From sequence record SRR20825006_1663: a stretch of 36,076 nucleotides of DNA. The stretch is one strand, 5' to 3'. The notes under the pieces are model-generated. The model had not been told where the DNA came from and made no database searches. It was given only the letters and a program-made list of their open reading frames with translations. Shown in pieces: positions 30,300-36,076 of this stretch (position 1 is the first letter of the stretch; each line of letters opens with the position of its first letter). Both the position numbers and the translations under genes were made by a program.

Positions 30300-33206
30300 A
30301 TGACGCAAACAATCTTTCTGGGATGGAACCAACCACTGCTGGTCTCGAGCCTGCAGTGGCTGAAAGAAACCAACGGGCCGAAAAACAAAGGCGACTGGAA
30401 TTTGTCGCATTTGGATTTGGTATTTCCGTCTCGCCGCGCCATCGATCGCATGAGCGAACTTCTGCTCGCGGAAGCCAACGCGGCGAAGCAAACCGTTCGT
30501 CTGCCGCGAATGCTGACGGTCGGCGATCTGCCTTCACGCTTGTACGAATCGGACACCGCGGCTCTGGACTTCGAACAGACATTGGCTTGGGCCCGCGTCC
30601 TCGCGGCAGCCAACCAAGACGACTTGAGCGTGCTGATCTCCAGTCCACCGGCGCCCGATGCAGCCGACGCTTGGCTGGAACTGGGTGGCACGATGCGGCG
30701 GCTTCACAATTCCATCGCCGCCGAAGGCTTGACCTACGCTGACGTGCTGGACATGTGCGACTCGGCCGGTGAACGTCGTCGCTGGCAGTTCTTTGTCGAC
30801 TTGATGAAGGCTTATTTGGCGGAACTGGCAGCCGCGGGAAAAGCCGATCCCAACGAAGCCCAACTCGAAGCGATCCGCAACAACGCTTGCCGCGCGACCC
30901 GGCCGCTGGTGCTGATCGGAACCTCCGACATTTCAAAACTCTTGGTCTCGATGCTCGGCCAAGTCGAATCGTCCAAGAAGTCCGCCGCGATCACCGCATT
31001 GGTTGCGGCTCCAGAAAGTCACTCAAAACGATTCGACTCGTTTGGAAATTTGAACGCCGGCCTTTGGCAATCGCACTGCCTGCCATTGCAAGACGACCAA
31101 CTGATTCCCGCCGGAGACATCTCGGATCAAACCGCTGCGGTGATGGAAACGCTCGCAGAGTTTGGCCAGAAGTACCGCGTCGATCAAATCACCATTGGCG
31201 TCACCGACGAATCGCAAGTCGAACCGATCGAGAACCGCTGCGATTTGCTGGGCGTCGCCACGCATCGACACTTGGGCCACCGCGTCGGACAAACCGCGGT
31301 TGGACGGTTGATGCACCTGATTGTCACGTACCTGCAGCGACGGACTTGGCGATCGCTGGCCGCGCTCGTCCGTCACGCCGATGTGACTCGGTATGTCAGC
31401 GAGCGTATCCCTGACCATCCCGAATCGGAAAAGTGGCTCAGAGAGCTCGATCAACTTCTCTCGTCTGCGTTTCCCCGGTCAGTCGACGAGCCTCTGCCTG
31501 CAGAAGTCCAACAAACCGAAACCGCCGACCAAATCCGCACCGTGTTGGACCAGTGGTTGTCGCCGCTGATCCAAAACACAGAACCACAACCGATTCGGCA
31601 ATGGAGCGAAACACTTCAGGCGATCTTGCTCGAACTGCACGGCGAAGCCGCTCAAACGCTTCTGCCCGTCGATCCCGATTCAATGGACGAGTCTGCAGAG
31701 ACGGAACCCGACGCTTCGCTTTCCAGAACACAGCAAGCCCTGCGTGCCGTCTTCCGACTGCTTCACCGATTCGCCGATCTCAGCCCATCGCTCGATGAGC
31801 CAGTCGAGGGCTCCGTTGCCGTTGAAATGCTCGCGTCACGGATGAGCGAAGTGCGTTGGGTCGACGATCCCTCGCCCACCGAGATTGAATTGCTGGGTTG
31901 GCTGGACCTTGCTCTCGATGATTCGCCGGCTCTCGTTGTTTGTGGATTGAATCATCCGTTCGTTCCCGAAGCTCAATCGGGCGACCCGTTCTTGCCGCAA
32001 TCACTGCGATCGACCCTGCACCAATCCGCCAACGATCGCCGCTACGCTCGTGACGTGCATGCGATGCAGCAATTGCTCATGTCTCGCGAAACGGTTCGCT
32101 TCCTGGTCGGTTCGCACAGCGCCGACGGATCTCCGACTCCGCCATCACGTTTGCTCGCCGCAGCGACTCCCGAAGAAGCCGCCAAGCGGGTTTGTGATTT
32201 GCTGACGATTCCACGTCCCAAGATCGAGATCGAACCGGTCCAACCACCTCCTGCGGTCAGCGTTGATTCGCAAGTCTTCTTCGCTCCTCCACCTCCGGAA
32301 CCTGGGCGGACAATCGACACGCTCAGCGTCACCGCGTTTTCGGCCTACCTCGCCTGCCCTTACCGGTTTTACCTGCGGCATGTTTTAAGGCTGCGACCAC
32401 TGGATGATTCCCCCTTGGAGTTGGCCGCCAATCAGTTTGGTGACCTGGTCCACGGAGCACTCGAAGAGTTCGGAAGAGGTGACTACAAGAACGAGACCGA
32501 TCCCAAACGCATCGAAGAAGCGTTGATCGAAGAGCTTCATCGGTACGCGGCCAAACATTTCGGCGACAACACATCCACGACGGTGAAGCTGCAAGTTCGC
32601 CAAGCCCAACGGCGTTTGAAAACGGTCGCCCTTCGACAAGCCGAGCGTGCCGCCGCCGGATGGCAAATTCACGCTGTGGAGGACGCCGTCGATGAGAAAA
32701 AGATTCACCCGATCACCGGCAAACCCAAGAAGCCAACCGGCATCACTTTGGATGGCCAGTTCACAGGCCTACGCGGACGTTTTGACCGCATTGACTTTCA
32801 TCCCGAAACCGGGCGTTGGGCAATCCTGGACTACAAGACACACGGTCACAAACCGGAAAAGAAACACCTCAAAAAACTGCCCGACGGATCGACTCAGTGG
32901 GTGGATTTGCAGTTGCCACTGTACCGTCGTTTCATTCCCGATCTTGGCATCGATGCGGACCCGGTGGACGTTGAACTGGGATACTTCAACGTTGCCGAAA
33001 AGGACACCGAAACTCAAATTAATCTGGCCGAGTTCACTCCGGCACAATTTGCCGCGGCGGACGAACTGATTCATCACTGCGTACGCGAAATCCGTGCTTG
33101 TCACTTCGAGCCCAATCCCGACGGCGTCGAGTTTGACGACTACGAAATGCTGATGAACGAGAGCGTGTTCATTCCCATGGACGACGACACGGAGGCCTTC
33201 GAATGA
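30300..33206 (+). CDS. AddB/RexB-like protein: inactive helicase-like N-terminus + PD-(D/E)XK nuclease
   Basis: LVFPSRRA, LSVTAFSAYLACPYRFY, FGDLVHGALE, LRGRFDRID, ILDYKT, LQLPLY; ATGA overlap with the helicase gene. Confidence 0.85.
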   Translation: MTQTIFLGWNQPLLVSSLQWLKETNGPKNKGDWNLSHLDLVFPSRRAIDRMSELLLAEANAAKQTVRLPRMLTVGDLPSRLYESDTAALDFEQTLAWARVLAAANQDDLSVLISSPPAPDAADAWLELGGTMRRLHNSIAAEGLTYADVLDMCDSAGERRRWQFFVDLMKAYLAELAAAGKADPNEAQLEAIRNNACRATRPLVLIGTSDISKLLVSMLGQVESSKKSAAITALVAAPESHSKRFDSFGNLNAGLWQSHCLPLQDDQLIPAGDISDQTAAVMETLAEFGQKYRVDQITIGVTDESQVEPIENRCDLLGVATHRHLGHRVGQTAVGRLMHLIVTYLQRRTWRSLAALVRHADVTRYVSERIPDHPESEKWLRELDQLLSSAFPRSVDEPLPAEVQQTETADQIRTVLDQWLSPLIQNTEPQPIRQWSETLQAILLELHGEAAQTLLPVDPDSMDESAETEPDASLSRTQQALRAVFRLLHRFADLSPSLDEPVEGSVAVEMLASRMSEVRWVDDPSPTEIELLGWLDLALDDSPALVVCGLNHPFVPEAQSGDPFLPQSLRSTLHQSANDRRYARDVHAMQQLLMSRETVRFLVGSHSADGSPTPPSRLLAAATPEEAAKRVCDLLTIPRPKIEIEPVQPPPAVSVDSQVFFAPPPPEPGRTIDTLSVTAFSAYLACPYRFYLRHVLRLRPLDDSPLELAANQFGDLVHGALEEFGRGDYKNETDPKRIEEALIEELHRYAAKHFGDNTSTTVKLQVRQAQRRLKTVALRQAERAAAGWQIHAVEDAVDEKKIHPITGKPKKPTGITLDGQFTGLRGRFDRIDFHPETGRWAILDYKTHGHKPEKKHLKKLPDGSTQWVDLQLPLYRRFIPDLGIDADPVDVELGYFNVAEKDTETQINLAEFTPAQFAAADELIHHCVREIRACHFEPNPDGVEFDDYEMLMNESVFIPMDDDTEAFE

Positions 33207-35977
33207 GCAACCCATCTGAACACCCTTTGTTTGACGACAACCCGTTCTTCGAAGAGGAAGCCCAGCCTTCGGAAGCCGAGATGCTTCACGACGACAATCA
33301 ACTTCCAGACGACGACTCGCTTCCCGACGAACTGGACTTTGTTGTCGAATCACCGACCACGCTGCGAGAAGCCTTTGAGCCGACGTTGGTGCGTGCTTCG
33401 GCCGGCACGGGCAAGACCTATCAACTGACCGCTCGGTTGTTGAAGATTCTGCTGACCGGTGCACCACCGGAAACGATCCTCGCAACCACGTTCACTCGCA
33501 AAGCCGCGGGCGAAATTCTCGAACGAGTCTTGATCACTCTTGGTAAAGCCGCGATCGATCCGAGTGAAAAAGCGATCACGGAACTGCGACAACAAGTCGG
33601 CATCGAAGGCTTGCCGCGTCACGTCTGTGGACAACTCTTCCATCGCTTGCTGCGCAACATCCACCGATTGCGCATTTGCACGCTGGACAGTTTGTTCTCG
33701 CAACTTGCCCGGGCACTGCCGTTTGAATTGGATCTGCCGCCTGGTTGGCGTTTGACCGACGAGGTCGAGGAAATCTGGTTGCGACAAGTCGCGATCGGAA
33801 ACTTAATCGAGTCCCTGCAGCCCGCCGAAACGGAAACTCTGATTTCGATGCTCAGCCGCGGCGATGTCAAACGCAACATCGCACGTGAATTGATCGATGT
33901 GGTCGAGAACACCTACAACTTGGCTCGCCAAGCCGACGTCGAACGATGGGACCAATTGAAAGTTCCCGAACTGCCTGAGTCAGCCGACATCACACGCACG
34001 TCGGGCATGCTCCGGTCCGCCGACGTGCCGCAAAAGTCACTCGTCAAAGCACTCGAATCCGCGGCCGACAGCCTCGAAATTCGCGACTTCGGACCGCTTG
34101 TTGAAGCCACGCTGACCAAGAACATCGCGAAAGCGCGGTTGCATGGTGAAGAAGTCAAATTTGGACGCAGCAAGTTCCCGCCGGGCTTGGATCCTGAATT
34201 CGATCTGATCTACGAAGTCGCCCGGCATGAGTCCCTGTCGTTGCTGCGGGCTCAGAACCAGGCCACCGGCACGCTGGTCGACCACTACGACACGTTGATC
34301 CAATTGGTCAAGCAAGCCCAACGGGCACTCGCGTTTGATGACATCGCGGTCCGCTTGGCCGGCGTGTTCACGCAGCTTGACAATCACACTTTGCAAGACC
34401 GACTCGACGCCTCGATCGATCACTTGTTGCTCGATGAATTCCAAGACACCTCGCCGGTGCAGTGGCAAGTCCTTCGTTTGCTGGCGCAATCGGTGACCGG
34501 CGAATCAACGGATTCGTCGTCCAATGTTCTGGATCCCAAACGATCAAAATCGTTCTTCTGCGTGGGTGATACCAAACAAGCCATCTACGGTTGGCGTGGC
34601 GGTGTGGCAGAGATCTTTGATGCCGTCGACAAGCAGATCCCAGGCATCATTTCGAAGCAGCAAGACGAGAGCTATCGCAGCAGCAGCGTGGTGCTCGACG
34701 CGGTCACCGATGCGTTTCAACATTTGCCTCGTCACCCGATGGCGGAGGGAACGGATCCGCCCAACCCCGCCGACAAGGCGACCTATGAAGCCAAGGCACT
34801 CAAGCGGTTCGCGAAACGTTTTCCCAAGCACACCGCGGCCAGAAAGCTGCCCGGCTTCGTTCAGTTTCGGACCGCGGAATTGAATTTGAAACCGCCTGCG
34901 GACTCCGACGAAAAAACAAAGAGCAAACCATCCGCCGCTGACATTCAGAAAGGCTTGCTGGACGACGTCGCGAAACAAATTGCCGAGTTGCACCACCAAT
35001 CGCCACACCTGACGATTGGCGTGCTGACTCGCACAAACAGCACCGTCGGTGCGTTGATCAATCGATTGGAACACCTCGATGTCGACGTCAGTGCCGAAGG
35101 CGGCAACCCGCTTGTCGATTCCGTCGCGGTGCGTTGGATTTTGTCTGCATTGATGATGTGCGAACATCCCGGCGACGGTCGCTGGCGATTGCATATCGCC
35201 AACAGCCCGCTCAAGTTTGTCTTGCCGCTGTCCGACAGCGATGGCAAAGGCGAAGCTGCCGATCAGCTTCGAGCACGAATCGAGGACCAGGGTCTCGCCA
35301 AAACAATTCTGTTTCTTGCGAAAGCGTTGATGCCTCACTGTTACAGTCGTGAGAATGTGCGTTTGGAACAATTGATCGAATTGGCGACGCTCTACCAACA
35401 CACCGCCGACAGCCGCCTGCGAGACTTCGTCGAATTGGTGCACGAAAAACGAGTCCAGCGACCGCGTGCCGCCGTGGTGCGAGTGATGACGGTTCACCAA
35501 TCCAAGGGGTTGGAATTCGACGCGGTTTTCTTGCCCGAGATCCACAAGGCGTTGTTGGGCCCATCACCGCAATGCTTGGCCGACATCCCGGAGATTGGGC
35601 AACCCGCACGCGGGCTCAGTCGTTCGGTCGGCGAAGCCCAATGGCACTTTCTTCCCAAACGTTGGCAAGCGGTGTTTGGCGGTTCCGTTGCCGCCCGTTT
35701 GACCGAAGCGATGTGCTTGCTCTACGTCGCGATGACACGTGCTCGGCAAGGTTTGTACTTGGTGATCCCGCCCGCTGGCAAAAAGGACTTCAACAACAAA
35801 ACCGCCGCGTCGCTGCTGTATCACGCTTGGAAGTGCGAAGCCGACCCAACCGCCGAAGGCGAGGTGTTGTTCGAGAGCGGCGATGCCGATTGGTTTGGCG
35901 ATTCGAAGGTTGAATCAGTGGATGAAAACAAAAGCGAAAAGGAAGACGTGCCGACTCGACGATTGTCGTTCGTATGA
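33203..35977 (+). CDS. AddA/RecB-like UvrD family ATP-dependent helicase, no C-terminal nuclease visible
   Basis: ASAGTGKT, TFTRKAA.E, LDEFQDTS, VGD.KQAIYGWRG, SYRS, MTVHQSKGLEF, LYVAMTRA. Confidence 0.9.
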   Translation: MSNPSEHPLFDDNPFFEEEAQPSEAEMLHDDNQLPDDDSLPDELDFVVESPTTLREAFEPTLVRASAGTGKTYQLTARLLKILLTGAPPETILATTFTRKAAGEILERVLITLGKAAIDPSEKAITELRQQVGIEGLPRHVCGQLFHRLLRNIHRLRICTLDSLFSQLARALPFELDLPPGWRLTDEVEEIWLRQVAIGNLIESLQPAETETLISMLSRGDVKRNIARELIDVVENTYNLARQADVERWDQLKVPELPESADITRTSGMLRSADVPQKSLVKALESAADSLEIRDFGPLVEATLTKNIAKARLHGEEVKFGRSKFPPGLDPEFDLIYEVARHESLSLLRAQNQATGTLVDHYDTLIQLVKQAQRALAFDDIAVRLAGVFTQLDNHTLQDRLDASIDHLLLDEFQDTSPVQWQVLRLLAQSVTGESTDSSSNVLDPKRSKSFFCVGDTKQAIYGWRGGVAEIFDAVDKQIPGIISKQQDESYRSSSVVLDAVTDAFQHLPRHPMAEGTDPPNPADKATYEAKALKRFAKRFPKHTAARKLPGFVQFRTAELNLKPPADSDEKTKSKPSAADIQKGLLDDVAKQIAELHHQSPHLTIGVLTRTNSTVGALINRLEHLDVDVSAEGGNPLVDSVAVRWILSALMMCEHPGDGRWRLHIANSPLKFVLPLSDSDGKGEAADQLRARIEDQGLAKTILFLAKALMPHCYSRENVRLEQLIELATLYQHTADSRLRDFVELVHEKRVQRPRAAVVRVMTVHQSKGLEFDAVFLPEIHKALLGPSPQCLADIPEIGQPARGLSRSVGEAQWHFLPKRWQAVFGGSVAARLTEAMCLLYVAMTRARQGLYLVIPPAGKKDFNNKTAASLLYHAWKCEADPTAEGEVLFESGDADWFGDSKVESVDENKSEKEDVPTRRLSFV

Positions 35978-36076
35978 TCGAAGACAATCGCGTCCTCGGA
36001 AGATGAAATTCAAACCTCTCGAATGGGATTGTTGCATCACACGAGTCAACGCCGGCCCCATCCGGGGCGATGTTCG

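Noticed and set aside
28621-35545. Alternative-frame ORFs of 330 aa (+, 28621) and 333 aa (-, 34544)
   Set aside because: Antisense shadows of the radical SAM and helicase genes
30300-35977. Helicase-nuclease anti-phage defence system or Cas4
   Set aside because: Order, size and motifs fit housekeeping addB-addA; composition looks like the rest of the window; no mobility markers
36055-36068. gcccc-atcc-ggggc hairpin
   Set aside because: May be the start of a REP-like unit or terminator, but it is too short and cut by the window edge

Overview
Gene-dense window (about 55% GC by eye) from a planctomycete, very likely Rhodopirellula or a close relative. Supporting signs are the PSCyt1/DUF1549/DUF1553 + DUF1501 pair, three sulfatases, C/T-rich leaders without Shine-Dalgarno, and degenerate REP-like units. 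Layout: (i) 44-6480, minus-strand cluster of two sulfatases, a Tat-exported Gfo/Idh/MocA oxidoreductase and two DUF1080 proteins; (ii) SGNH hydrolase, HdeD, SYLF protein and a third sulfatase; (iii) 11738-22866, an AraC regulator divergent from a pectin-type locus (DUF1593, two PL1 lyases, GH127, HPS/KGPDC-family enzyme, Zn-dehydrogenase, TIM-barrel isomerase, SGNH esterase); (iv) PSD1/cytochrome c + DUF1501; (v) metallophosphoesterase + TIGR03960-type radical SAM, a Rieske ferredoxin and an AddB/AddA-like pair. Best lead: the GH127 has Gln at the acid/base position, like an aceric-acid hydrolase, and lies upstream of a kinase-less, PHI-less HPS-like/dehydrogenase/isomerase trio. This is a candidate catabolic route for the RG-II branched sugar acid aceric acid (inference, untested). 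No rRNA, tRNA, CRISPR or transposase was seen. All family calls come from motif recognition by eye, not from database searches.
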